Below, piece after piece: positions 18,709 to 29,563 of a stretch of DNA of 58,095 bases. Position numbers and translations under genes: made by a program. Each line of letters begins with the position of its first letter. Positions within the stretch are counted from its first letter, which is position 1. The stretch covers positions 1-58,095 of the IMG/VR virus record IMGVR_UViG_3300032213_001343; one strand, written 5' to 3'. The stretch comes from a virus. Lineage: Duplodnaviria; Caudoviricetes. The notes below the pieces were generated by a model that was not told the DNA's origin, searched no databases, and saw nothing but the letters and a program-made list of their open reading frames with translations.

Positions 18709-21700
18709 TTAAGAATTCAATTTATTTTCTAAATCTTTTACTTTTTGTGTTAATTCTTGCACAGCCTTCCAAAGTACGAATACCAACTCTTGCTTAGCAA
18801 TACCAGAAGTCATCCATTTTTTAGGTCCTTCTGGATTATCAGGATCTTCAAACCAATCATAGTCTACATATTCTTCTAACCCGCCGGCTTCCAATTCTTC
18901 GGCAATGATACCTATTTGTTGTGGTCTTTTTTCTGCATCTTTATCAATTTTCCAATAATAAGTCCTTATTGGTACGTTATTTACAGCATCTAATATAGAT
19001 GGATGTTGCCAATCTTCTATTTCTTCTTTAAATCTTCTTGCAGATGTATTTCTACCAACTCTCCAAGTAGATAGTGATATTTCCATACCTCTAATCGTAC
19101 CTCCACCAGGACTACCAACATTTGTTAATATTATAGCAGGTCTAATTCCACCATCACTATAAGTTGTTATTGTACCGGAATTACCTCCAGGATTCCAAGT
19201 TATAGCACCACTGCCTAATTCAATATTGTTACCATTCATAGCAATTTTACCAGTACTAGCTGCTATATTAATAGCAGTACCAGTTGTAGTTCCGGTTAAT
19301 TGTAATAATGTATTTGTAGTATCTCCTTCTAATTTAACAAATCCTTTTGCATCTAAAACAGGAATAGATGCCGAATCCTCCCTTCTTAATTTAATAAATC
19401 TATTAGTAGATGATGCAATCTGAATTCCTTTATTAGTCAATTCAACAATGTCCACATTTGCTGCAGCTATTATAGTTGGTGTTACCATATATGCACTTAC
19501 TGAAAATGAGGAGCCTCCAAATCCGCCACCACCATATCCTACATCATATTGGTATCCATCTACTATTATAAACGTTTTAAATGTATATGAGGTTGATGCT
19601 GCTTCAGGCGCACTAAAGGAGAAATTTCCATTATATCCATAAAATGATGCAAAACTATCATCAGCGCCACCTGACCAACTTTCAGATTGTAGTACTACTT
19701 CGGATACTAAAGTTGCTCCATTATAAATTCTATATCCCCAATATAGATTTACATAACCAGCACGATTAAATGCTGATATTACCGGACTACCTGGCCAAGA
19801 CACAGATACATCAACATAAGTACCGGCTGTCACCGAAAAATTCTGCCCACTACTTTCTTCATCAATACTAACAGTAGCTGAAGCGCCATAGTTTTGAAAA
19901 GGTGATAATGTTTCACCAGTAAGAGTGATTCCAGTTCCAGCTAAATCGGTTAATTCACCAAAATTCACTTTTAGTTTAGTGTCAGTTCCTTCTTTAATTG
20001 CCAAACCCGGAAGAGCTGGGTCAAGGAAGATTCTACTACTACCATCTCTAAGAATATTATTTTCAACTGTCCAACTTCCAATAGAACCACCGGTAGCAGT
20101 AATTACACCAGATATAGTTGCGTTTGATACGGTTAGACCATTTGGTCCTAATGAAAATCCAGCTCCAATCAAACTACCCGTTCCATTTGTAGATGTCATT
20201 GAAATTGCTACAGCTCCGTCACCAACAGTTACAGTATCAGTAAACGTACCACTTGCTCCACTTAAATTTCCTCTAAAGAATGCGTTTCCAGAACTATCTA
20301 CAGCGAATCCTTTTGAACGTATTGTACTACCTGCCAAATCTATAAATGTACCGGCATTTGAAAAGTTACCAGATGTATATGAATAGTTAGTAGATGTAAT
20401 AAGGTTTGTAGCAACCATATTAGTTACTATCGAACCAGCTCCAATATAAGTTACTGCGTTTCCACTATTAATTGAGTTAATAGCTGCCATACCTCCCAAC
20501 GAACCGCTAAATAAAGTTAATGCAGTTGCCGCAGAACCACTTGCGGTTTGAAATGCAGAGTTTGAACCAGATGCTACCGAACCACTTACTCCCGTCTGTG
20601 TTGCTGCATTTCCACCAGTAACAGTGATATCTCCTGCTATTTCTAAACCATCACCATTCCATTTAAGATATCTATTTCCTCCCGTATTTTTTATAGAGAA
20701 TCTACCAGTAGTACCACTAGCACCTTGCTCATAAATTCCTAAGAAAATACCAGGTCTATCATATCCAATCACACTACCACCGGGATTTAGTGAAGAACCA
20801 GCAGTTCCAGATGTACCAATAGTTGCGTTTTGTCCAATAGCAATATATGGGTCAGTTCTACCACCAGCTATTACAATATTAGCAAATGCACCAGTTCCAT
20901 CTTTTGTACCAACATTTATTGTATTCTTAACATACGATTCTTCAAATATTGCAATCTTAGCTGCTACAAAGAATTCTTGGTCACCCAAATATTCCCACCA
21001 AGCATTATCACCATCAACAGTTGGAGCATGATATGCAACAGGTACACCATTTGAGTCATTTGTATTAGGACCAGAACCACTAATTGCTGCGTAATACTTT
21101 ACGGTATCTTGCGTTGCTAAATAAGTTACAGCATCTCTACGATTGTTTGTAGTTTCAACTTGTCCTATATAATCAATAGATGGTGACCATTCACCTCTCA
21201 TAACAATACCCGGTCCAACTGCTCCTTCAAACTGAATAGCTAAAGATTGTGTTTTGTAAAATGTTTGTCTACCTTCACAATTTACACGATATACAATTTC
21301 AGCAGTTGTGTTTGTTTCTGGATTATCCCATGCAGTAACACCCGGCATAGTAGCTGGATTACTTGGTAAAATATCATCTACAACAATATTATCATTATCC
21401 AAATGAATATAACCCGGACAAGAGTGAACTTCTACCGTACATTGGTACTCATACGATGAACTACCATACGCATCAATTTCAGCTCCTGTAAATCCAGAAG
21501 GTTTATTGGTAAGTTCGTAAGTACCCCTATATGCTCTTATTATATTAGATGTTGTATTTAACTCAACCTCACCAGATACTCTATAAACAGCAGAAGAATT
21601 TTCATTCTGCATCTTAATATCGTATGGAGCTGGTTCGGTAAATTGTACTGCAAATGATTGTGTTACGAATTCCGTTTGTCTTGTTGGAGGTCTAGTTGTA

Positions 21701-24700
21701 AAATTAGTTGCTACAAATGGAGAATATCCTTCAAAATCAATTTTATAAACAATCTCACCACTTCTATTAATAGCGGGCTTATCCCAACTAGTAATATCAG
21801 TCATTGATGCCGGTGTTGTTAATACTCTATTAAGATGTTGTGCAGCCGGTACTTGTGATTGTATTCCAATCCATGGAGATTTATAAACTATTGAAGCAGA
21901 TGAATATCCCAATATACCAATTAAATTTTCTAAATAATCTAAATCGGTAGGTTGTGGTGCTGGGTAATTACCTGATGTTACATTTATTAAAGGTGTTGTA
22001 CCTTTATATGTAGGTAATTTAATAGCAGTACCAGTTAGTGATGTATTAAATAATTCAGAAGTAATAGATGTTGATATATTATCAGGAGATACTTTATATG
22101 CATCCGAACCTGCTTTAATACCAGCAATTGTTAATTGACCTTCTGCTCTATATGGATTTAATATCGATGATGTATAAACATTACCATCACTTATTTTCAC
22201 CTTCCAAGTTTTATTTTCTTCAGGACCAGCAGCGTCTGTTCCAGGTATAAAAAATGTTTTTTCTTTTATACCAGCACCTTCAAAGTAAGGTCCATCATAT
22301 AAAGTTTCAGAACCATCGGTATCAACAAAAAACAAAGTAAACCATGCCGAACCAGTTGTATTAATAGCTGTTGCTTTTAGTTCAACATCTCCTTCAGGTG
22401 AAACTTTATATCCATCTCTATCATAGTTTATAGTATATGGATTTGCTTTTAATTCTACGGTCCTAGCATTTGGTACTGATACATTTTTTGTAAATGTTTG
22501 AGTACGAGTAAAAATAGATGATGTATATTCATGTCCTTTACCCAATGCAAATGGATATACTTGAATTGTATATAATGCACTTGCTGAAACATAAGGATAA
22601 TCAAATCTATTATAATTTATAGTTGCCGTACTTAATGAAGATGATGATAACGAACCAGTTCTTATATTCCATATTGAACTACCTCTAGTTTCAATTGAAT
22701 TAATTCTCCAAGTACCAGGTGCGGTTGATTGAGTTGTAAATCTTAAAAAATCATCACCCTCTTTTACCTGCAAAGTTGTATTAGTTGGTGAATACCCAAC
22801 AGGTGTTACAAACCCTACCTCATCTGCGGTTAATGTTGCATTTGGTGGTGTTATTAATATTTGAATAGGTGGTGGTCCTTCTAATACTTTAGTATAATTT
22901 ACAACTACACTCGCAGTGTAAATTGAAGATGTATAATATGGATGAATGATTAATGGATATGTAATACTTCCACTTAAATCTGTCATATTCGATGAAGCAC
23001 TTACGATTAATGATGCAGTATATGGTGTGCCAAATGATGATGTAAAATGTACATTACCTGCTTTTACTCTATTTTCAATTATAGATGCAGTTGCTATGTG
23101 GAATGTACCATGTGTACTCAAATTATTAGGAACTCCAGCACTAGCACTAAACGCAAGATATCTAGAACCTTGCTTTAATTTAATATCAGTAATAGATGGT
23201 ATAAAATCATTAACTACACCTCTTGAATTTGCACCAAGAGTTACTGCTATTGGATTTACTTCAAACACAATACTTTCATCTCCTTGTTTACCTTCAGGTA
23301 CAATTGTAAATGTTTTATCTAAACTAACCGATGCGGATGTCCAAGGTTCGGTATATGTAAATGTTAATGTTAAGTTTTTAGTTTGATTAAGTGCAGTTCT
23401 TACATTACCAGCTATTATTTGAGATGGTATTGTATTTTTATTATCATCCTTTGCAACAACTGTTATCGTTGGATGTAAACTTTGAGTATGATAATACATC
23501 CAATATTCAGGAACCCAATCTCTATTTATTGACATTGATGGATATACCTGAAACGATGCGGTTACTGATTCAATTTCAGATGCAGCCGTTCCTCTTTTTG
23601 CAAAAGATGCAGTTGCGAATGCAAAAGCAGGTTTAAATTCACTTTCAGTTCTTGGGTTTATTGTAAATGAATCTGCATTAAAAATTATAACTCCACTATC
23701 CAAACCATCCTGTAAATCCTCTAATATAAGCGATGCTACAACAGAACCAGATGTTAAGAATGCAGGTCCACTTGCGGCAGATTGTGAAGAAATCAAGTAT
23801 ATAGTTCTTCTAAAATCAATTGAATCTCTATTAAAAGATGCGTTATAATTTATCTCACCACTACCCAATGAACCAGTAGTTAATCCATATATGTATCTAC
23901 TTGATGATGCGTATGCTAAGTTTACAAACTTCTCAGCCCCATCCGCAGAGCGTGATATAATGTGTAATTGCTTATCAGGCCATCCCTTTTCAGGTTTAGT
24001 TGTACTACTTAATTCAATATCGTTTACACCATCAATACGAACTGCTTGTAATTCTAATGAAGCAGTACTACTATTTCTAATTTGTGTTCCTCTATACGGT
24101 CTGATTAAATAATTTACACCACCAAATCCATCTAACACTCTACTGAATATTACTGTATCAGTAAAGCCTTCAACTTCACCAGTAATTTTAATTAATTGTA
24201 CAGTCTTATCAGTTCTTGAACCTGTAAAGTTGCCAACTGTCATTGTTGGTGCATCTGATGTAATATCACTAAGTAAACCCGGATATCTTCTACCTGTAAA
24301 AGATGCTGTGTAATCTGAACCTGATAATTCGTTTCCATCAAAATCAAAAGATTGAGATGTATATGTTACCGAACCAGTTAATAAATTTTTTGTTACTGTA
24401 AATCCAACTACAGTTGGTGGAACTGGTTGTGAACCAGAATCAAATTGAAATTGCAAAGAACGAGGAGTGAATACTAATCCTTTTTGTATTCTTTGTATAT
24501 TACCACCATTAAATGTTTTACTTTCTTCAACTAAAACAGGAATGTAATTGTTATTTATATCGTAAAATTCAAATCTATAATCAAATGTTTCTTCTGGTAG
24601 AGTTCTTGGAACACTTTGAATAAATGTAATTTCATCGGGAGAATATGCTGTTTCTTGTGAAGCTCTTAAGCTAACATCAGATATATACCAATCATTACCT

Positions 24701-26163
24701 TTAACTTCAAAATAAAGTTTTGTATTGTTAGATTCATCTGCTTTAAAATTTGCAGTTATTTGATTCTTTTGTAACAAAGAACTATCGGATGTTACGGTTA
24801 CAATATTTTTTTCTACTTGAACAATTTTAGGAGAACCATTAACACTACTACTCTTTGAACCACTTAAAAATGCTCTTATATAATTATTTGGATTTACAGA
24901 CCCAGTTCCAATACGTGTATTAAATGTAAGTGTATATTCTATATTTTGTGTAACACCTAAAGAAGCTGTTGTGTGGAAAAAGTTAGAATTATTACTATTT
25001 AGCTTTACCGAATTATATAAATAATTTTGATTAAATGCAGTTGTAATATTATTTGATGAAGTAATCCAATAGTTTTTAAAATTGCTTGTATCAAAAATAC
25101 CATAAAATTCTTCATTTTTTACTTGCGATTCTAAATCTCTAAGTATTTCATTTGATTCAAGTCTTATTTCTTGAATAAACTGATAATCTGCTAAATCCGA
25201 TTGTGATTTTCTAAATATTTTTACTCTAGAAACATCACCAACAAATGTAGTTAAATCGGAAAGTACAATTTTAGCAAATGAACCAGTCAATGCTGTTTTT
25301 AAATTGTTTACACCTTCTACATAATTAAATGATGCAGTGTATCCTTCATCTAAAAAGTTGGTAACAATTGGACTATAGGTAGAACCAAGTGGAGATGCTT
25401 CGGTATAAGGATTTCTTACTAATACCTGTTTATTGTTTATTACGCTATCAACTACTGCATTATATCCTAATGCTGGTACATTAATAGTATTACCTACTAT
25501 TGAACCAGTCCAATTTGTTGAATCTTCAATTTCTAATAAATAAGTTGTTGGTGCATTATAATCACTTAAAGGTTCTCCAACCCTTGGTGCTTGTGCCTGT
25601 CCACTTAATGAACCAGTTTGTATAACAGTAGTTGTTACATTATTAAAAATAGGTTTTACTATTTCATTTATTGTTACTTGTGGTCTTCTATAAAATCTAA
25701 CTTTATCTTCATTTGAAAGTAATCTATTTACTTTAAATTCTTTCTCCCACTTAACATTGTAAACATTTTTCCAATCATCAGGTATTGGTAAAACAGCTCC
25801 ACCTTCATCTAAATAAGTTTTTAATTCACCCAATACCGTTATTTTAGCAGTACCTATTGGTGTATCTTCGTATATATAAACAGCAATTACTTTAGATGTA
25901 CCTTCATAATATTCAGGAACACCATTACCCGGCTCATAATAAATTGGGTTACCATTAACATCTAATATTTGAATCTTTATTTCAGTTGATTCCATAAGAT
26001 GTTCAGAACCTTCAATTAGAAACCCATTCTTACCACCAGTAAATGAATCTTTAAATTCAGTTACTTTAAAATAAGTTGAATTTGGATTTGTATCCACTAA
26101 AAAAGTACCAAACGAAGTGAGTGGCTGAGTAAGAGTTTCTGCGAATTTTTTAATTATTGCCAT
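18709..26163 (-). CDS. Long tail fibre / receptor-binding protein with C-terminal intramolecular chaperone (peptidase S74)
   Basis: 2484 aa, Ser/Thr/Gly-rich beta content, ITATGGSIGSW fibre repeat, and C-terminus TSARRFKEEIED...IGIIAEEL...LWKAVQELTQKVKDLE (18709..19044). Confidence 0.88.
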   Translation of the reverse strand: MAIIKKFAETLTQPLTSFGTFLVDTNPNSTYFKVTEFKDSFTGGKNGFLIEGSEHLMESTEIKIQILDVNGNPIYYEPGNGVPEYYEGTSKVIAVYIYEDTPIGTAKITVLGELKTYLDEGGAVLPIPDDWKNVYNVKWEKEFKVNRLLSNEDKVRFYRRPQVTINEIVKPIFNNVTTTVIQTGSLSGQAQAPRVGEPLSDYNAPTTYLLEIEDSTNWTGSIVGNTINVPALGYNAVVDSVINNKQVLVRNPYTEASPLGSTYSPIVTNFLDEGYTASFNYVEGVNNLKTALTGSFAKIVLSDLTTFVGDVSRVKIFRKSQSDLADYQFIQEIRLESNEILRDLESQVKNEEFYGIFDTSNFKNYWITSSNNITTAFNQNYLYNSVKLNSNNSNFFHTTASLGVTQNIEYTLTFNTRIGTGSVNPNNYIRAFLSGSKSSSVNGSPKIVQVEKNIVTVTSDSSLLQKNQITANFKADESNNTKLYFEVKGNDWYISDVSLRASQETAYSPDEITFIQSVPRTLPEETFDYRFEFYDINNNYIPVLVEESKTFNGGNIQRIQKGLVFTPRSLQFQFDSGSQPVPPTVVGFTVTKNLLTGSVTYTSQSFDFDGNELSGSDYTASFTGRRYPGLLSDITSDAPTMTVGNFTGSRTDKTVQLIKITGEVEGFTDTVIFSRVLDGFGGVNYLIRPYRGTQIRNSSTASLELQAVRIDGVNDIELSSTTKPEKGWPDKQLHIISRSADGAEKFVNLAYASSSRYIYGLTTGSLGSGEINYNASFNRDSIDFRRTIYLISSQSAASGPAFLTSGSVVASLILEDLQDGLDSGVIIFNADSFTINPRTESEFKPAFAFATASFAKRGTAASEIESVTASFQVYPSMSINRDWVPEYWMYYHTQSLHPTITVVAKDDNKNTIPSQIIAGNVRTALNQTKNLTLTFTYTEPWTSASVSLDKTFTIVPEGKQGDESIVFEVNPIAVTLGANSRGVVNDFIPSITDIKLKQGSRYLAFSASAGVPNNLSTHGTFHIATASIIENRVKAGNVHFTSSFGTPYTASLIVSASSNMTDLSGSITYPLIIHPYYTSSIYTASVVVNYTKVLEGPPPIQILITPPNATLTADEVGFVTPVGYSPTNTTLQVKEGDDFLRFTTQSTAPGTWRINSIETRGSSIWNIRTGSLSSSSLSTATINYNRFDYPYVSASALYTIQVYPFALGKGHEYTSSIFTRTQTFTKNVSVPNARTVELKANPYTINYDRDGYKVSPEGDVELKATAINTTGSAWFTLFFVDTDGSETLYDGPYFEGAGIKEKTFFIPGTDAAGPEENKTWKVKISDGNVYTSSILNPYRAEGQLTIAGIKAGSDAYKVSPDNISTSITSELFNTSLTGTAIKLPTYKGTTPLINVTSGNYPAPQPTDLDYLENLIGILGYSSASIVYKSPWIGIQSQVPAAQHLNRVLTTPASMTDITSWDKPAINRSGEIVYKIDFEGYSPFVATNFTTRPPTRQTEFVTQSFAVQFTEPAPYDIKMQNENSSAVYRVSGEVELNTTSNIIRAYRGTYELTNKPSGFTGAEIDAYGSSSYEYQCTVEVHSCPGYIHLDNDNIVVDDILPSNPATMPGVTAWDNPETNTTAEIVYRVNCEGRQTFYKTQSLAIQFEGAVGPGIVMRGEWSPSIDYIGQVETTNNRRDAVTYLATQDTVKYYAAISGSGPNTNDSNGVPVAYHAPTVDGDNAWWEYLGDQEFFVAAKIAIFEESYVKNTINVGTKDGTGAFANIVIAGGRTDPYIAIGQNATIGTSGTAGSSLNPGGSVIGYDRPGIFLGIYEQGASGTTGRFSIKNTGGNRYLKWNGDGLEIAGDITVTGGNAATQTGVSGSVASGSNSAFQTASGSAATALTLFSGSLGGMAAINSINSGNAVTYIGAGSIVTNMVATNLITSTNYSYTSGNFSNAGTFIDLAGSTIRSKGFAVDSSGNAFFRGNLSGASGTFTDTVTVGDGAVAISMTSTNGTGSLIGAGFSLGPNGLTVSNATISGVITATGGSIGSWTVENNILRDGSSRIFLDPALPGLAIKEGTDTKLKVNFGELTDLAGTGITLTGETLSPFQNYGASATVSIDEESSGQNFSVTAGTYVDVSVSWPGSPVISAFNRAGYVNLYWGYRIYNGATLVSEVVLQSESWSGGADDSFASFYGYNGNFSFSAPEAASTSYTFKTFIIVDGYQYDVGYGGGGFGGSSFSVSAYMVTPTIIAAANVDIVELTNKGIQIASSTNRFIKLRREDSASIPVLDAKGFVKLEGDTTNTLLQLTGTTTGTAINIAASTGKIAMNGNNIELGSGAITWNPGGNSGTITTYSDGGIRPAIILTNVGSPGGGTIRGMEISLSTWRVGRNTSARRFKEEIEDWQHPSILDAVNNVPIRTYYWKIDKDAEKRPQQIGIIAEELEAGGLEEYVDYDWFEDPDNPEGPKKWMTSGIAKQELVFVLWKAVQELTQKVKDLENKLNS

Positions 26164-26253
26164 AGTGTGCTTATATTATTCTATGATAAATATTTACATA
26201 AATTTTTTATGTTTATAATTATATTAGAATTCTAAAGAAAACTAAAGAATGTT

Positions 26254-26427
26254 ATGAAAAAATACGCTATGATACAAATTGATGCCGATGTACATCAATT
26301 ATTAAAGGAGTTTTGTAAAGATAAAGGATATAAGATAAGCGGATTAATTGAAACCCTAGTAAAAGAAAAAGTGGAGTCCTCAAAGAAGACCCCACCTAAA
26401 AATGTATTACCGGTTACTAAAAATTAA
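26254..26427 (+). CDS. Ribbon-helix-helix (CopG/Arc-like) DNA-binding protein, 57 aa
   Basis: Manual translation MKKYAMIQIDADVHQLLKEFCKDKGYKISGLIETLVKEKVESSKKTPPKNVLPVTKN shows a strand-helix-G-x-x-x-S-helix pattern and fills an otherwise empty gap. Not in the ORF track. Confidence 0.7.
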   Translation: MKKYAMIQIDADVHQLLKEFCKDKGYKISGLIETLVKEKVESSKKTPPKNVLPVTKN

Positions 26428-29400
26428 TCTTAGAGAATCCCTCTACTTTCTTAATTTCGATAAGTCCATCCACAATATCTCTCATTTGTTCTAAGTGAGA
26501 AATTACCCATATAAAATCAAATTGAGTTTTAAGATATTGCATCATCATAAATAAGGATGATAGGTTATCTGCATCCAATGTGCCAAATCCTTCATCAATT
26601 ACTAAGAAGTTAGGTCTAGGCAGGTTGCAAATGTTAATTAGAGCCACTCTAATCGCTAATCCCGATATGAACTTCTCCATACCACTACACATTTCTAAAG
26701 CCCATTCCTGGTCCTCATATACGATTCTAGCGTTAATGTTCTTTCCATCAGTATCCATTGATATTGAGAAGTCCACCACTTGTCCTAATATGTTGTTCAC
26801 TTCGTTTTCGATTGCTGGAAGTGCTTTGGATATTAGTTCGTATGGTACTCCATCTTTCTTAACTGCATCTAAATAGAATGTGTATAATTGGTTTTTAGTT
26901 TCCAATTCTTTTACTTCTTCCATCTTAGCTACCATATTATCAATATAGGTTTTTGTTGCACCTACATCTGACATTAATTTCAACATAAGTTTGTTTACAT
27001 CCGATATTTGATTTTCCACACCTTGCTTCAATCTACGAACATTTTGAATTTGAACATCTAATGCCTGATTCTTAGTGATTGTTTCTTCGTTATCGTTGTA
27101 TCTTTGAATATCAGCCTTTGTAGTTTCTAACTGATGATTTAATAATTCAATCTTACTATCTGCTGTTTTAATTTCACCTTCTAATCTATCTCTAACAACA
27201 ATTAATTTATTATACTCACCAGTCCAATGTTTCCATTCTTTGAATTGTTCTTCCACACCTTCCCAAGAATCCAAAGTTTGTTGTATACCTGTGCATTGGA
27301 TAGTTGCGTTTTGAACAAACCTTTGTAGTTCAGGCAATGCTTCTTTTGCTCTCATTGCATCTTTAACAAACTCATTATCACAACAAAATTTACAATTTGG
27401 GTCATATTCATGTTTATCCAAATGGTTAATTTTTTCTTCAGCAGAAGTTAATTGTGATTTTACTGTTGAATAAACTTTCTCCGCTTCAATTAAATTCTTT
27501 TGTTCTTTTTGATAATTCGAATATGCAACTTCTATATCAATTCCGTTTATATTAACTTTAGAATCAACCATTTCTTTAGCTTTTCGTACTAACTCTTTAG
27601 CTTCAGTATGTTTTTCTATTTTATCAAATTTAGTATCACCCCAAGTACTTAATTCACTTTCAATCTTTTGAATTTTGTGATTTAATTCATCAATATCTAA
27701 ATTACCTTGAATTGGAACTATTTGTTGAGATAATCCTACTATTTGTTCTTCTAAATCAGCTTTACGAGTTTCTAATTCTAATTTCTCAGAATCCAATTCA
27801 CCATATTCAACTTTCTTTTCGTTTAAGTCGTTTTCTTTTTGGGCTAATTCAGAAGTGAAGTCGGTCTTCCTAAAATTTCTGATAAGTGCGTTCACATCCT
27901 TAATATCATTAGTAGCAGTTTCATACAGCTTATCAAACATGTCCAATCCCATAAATTGAGCAAGGAGGTCTTTCCTTTCCGATTGTGATTTATCAATGAA
28001 TAGTGCATTGTTTCCTTGCAAACTCAATGCTGTCATAACGAAATCCTCATACCTTCCTACATACCCTTCAATGACTTGGTTTGTATCCCTACGTTCCGTT
28101 CCGTTAAGTGATTCTCTACCCGTATCTCCTTCTCTCCAAAACTCCACATCCACTTTTACGTTTCTTCCCTTATTAATAGTTTTACCTTCCCTACGGATAT
28201 GGTACATTACACCATCAATAGTGAAATCCAATTGGCAATGGAAATCTTGCTTCCTATTATTCATAATTGCAGCTGCCTTATAAGCCCTACTACACTTATC
28301 AAACAAGCAAAATGATATTGCATCGAATAGAGATGATTTACCTTGTGCGTTTGGTGCGAATAATCCCATCAATCCATTTATCTTGTCAAACTTAATAACA
28401 TTGTCTTCTCCATAGCTGAACATATTAGAGAATTCAAATCTTACAGGCTTCCAGCTTATATTCCTTTGTTGTTCTGATGGTTGTACTCTACTATTAATGT
28501 CACGATTTATTTTCTCTATTCCAGCTAAATCCTCCTTCGTTACAAATGGCATCATACGTTCCACATACTCCCCTATTAAAGAGTTTTGATGGTTTATATC
28601 AGCTACACTATCTACTTCCAACCTTGCTTCTCTATCGTTGGTTTTTTTCTTATTGAATGTATCCGTTCTAATGATTGTAAAGTCCTCTACTCCATACTTT
28701 GCGGTAATATCAGCCATCATTCTCTTTGTATCTGCGGTATCCGTATTAGTTATTCTCACTCTTAAACGAGGGTATAACGGCATATCAGTTACATCCGGCA
28801 CAATACCACCATCAACATCTAAAGTGTAGTATCCGTAATCGTTTTGGATATCAACTTCCTCATAGGTCATTGTATCTAAATCCCAAACTAAGAATCCGTG
28901 CTTATCAAGGGTTTCACCGAAGTTTTGTTGTACCAAAGAGCCGGCGTACACCACCTTACATCCGCTTGGTGATATCATCTCTTGTCTTTTATGGATATCC
29001 CCTAATAGAGCTAAATCATATCCATCAAATATTTCAGTTGTAAAGTGTCTACTACTAACCACATACCCTACATCGGTTGTAGAGTTATCAACAGGTCCAT
29101 GAAACAATGCAATCTTTTTGTTTGCAAATAGAGTATTTGCTTTAGGCCAGTTATCTTTGTTGTCAAATATACTGAATACTGCAAAATCAACACCACCAAT
29201 ACCATAAACTTGCGTATCTCTTAAATAAGTTAAGTTTGGTAGTTTCAATGCATCAACAATTGGAGTAAGTACATCCATTCTGTCCGAGTTGTTCATATTA
29301 CAATCGTGATTACCAGCAATTACAATTGTAGGACATAGTTTGTTACATTCCGTAAACAACCAGCTAATCTCACTAACCAATTCAGGACTCATTTCCAATT

Positions 29401-29563
29401 TAGCATGAGCGATATCACCAGCTAAATAGATAATAGAATCTTCCGTTCCTCTTTTTTGTATTTCATCAAACATAGCATAGAATACTTCTCTGAATTCTTT
29501 GTGTCTTTTGATGTTTCGGATGTGTATATCCGCAATGTGATAAATTCTTTTTAATTTACTCAT
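26417..29563 (-). CDS. sbcD-sbcC: Fused Mre11/SbcD (gp47) nuclease - Rad50/SbcC (gp46) ATPase
   Basis: ADIHI, LAGDI, GNHD, GDIHK; Walker A APNAQGKSS, Q-loop SLQG, zinc hook CKFC in coiled coil, signature CSGME and Walker B LVIDEGFGTLD. Confidence 0.93.
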   Translation of the reverse strand: MSKLKRIYHIADIHIRNIKRHKEFREVFYAMFDEIQKRGTEDSIIYLAGDIAHAKLEMSPELVSEISWLFTECNKLCPTIVIAGNHDCNMNNSDRMDVLTPIVDALKLPNLTYLRDTQVYGIGGVDFAVFSIFDNKDNWPKANTLFANKKIALFHGPVDNSTTDVGYVVSSRHFTTEIFDGYDLALLGDIHKRQEMISPSGCKVVYAGSLVQQNFGETLDKHGFLVWDLDTMTYEEVDIQNDYGYYTLDVDGGIVPDVTDMPLYPRLRVRITNTDTADTKRMMADITAKYGVEDFTIIRTDTFNKKKTNDREARLEVDSVADINHQNSLIGEYVERMMPFVTKEDLAGIEKINRDINSRVQPSEQQRNISWKPVRFEFSNMFSYGEDNVIKFDKINGLMGLFAPNAQGKSSLFDAISFCLFDKCSRAYKAAAIMNNRKQDFHCQLDFTIDGVMYHIRREGKTINKGRNVKVDVEFWREGDTGRESLNGTERRDTNQVIEGYVGRYEDFVMTALSLQGNNALFIDKSQSERKDLLAQFMGLDMFDKLYETATNDIKDVNALIRNFRKTDFTSELAQKENDLNEKKVEYGELDSEKLELETRKADLEEQIVGLSQQIVPIQGNLDIDELNHKIQKIESELSTWGDTKFDKIEKHTEAKELVRKAKEMVDSKVNINGIDIEVAYSNYQKEQKNLIEAEKVYSTVKSQLTSAEEKINHLDKHEYDPNCKFCCDNEFVKDAMRAKEALPELQRFVQNATIQCTGIQQTLDSWEGVEEQFKEWKHWTGEYNKLIVVRDRLEGEIKTADSKIELLNHQLETTKADIQRYNDNEETITKNQALDVQIQNVRRLKQGVENQISDVNKLMLKLMSDVGATKTYIDNMVAKMEEVKELETKNQLYTFYLDAVKKDGVPYELISKALPAIENEVNNILGQVVDFSISMDTDGKNINARIVYEDQEWALEMCSGMEKFISGLAIRVALINICNLPRPNFLVIDEGFGTLDADNLSSLFMMMQYLKTQFDFIWVISHLEQMRDIVDGLIEIKKVEGFSKINF

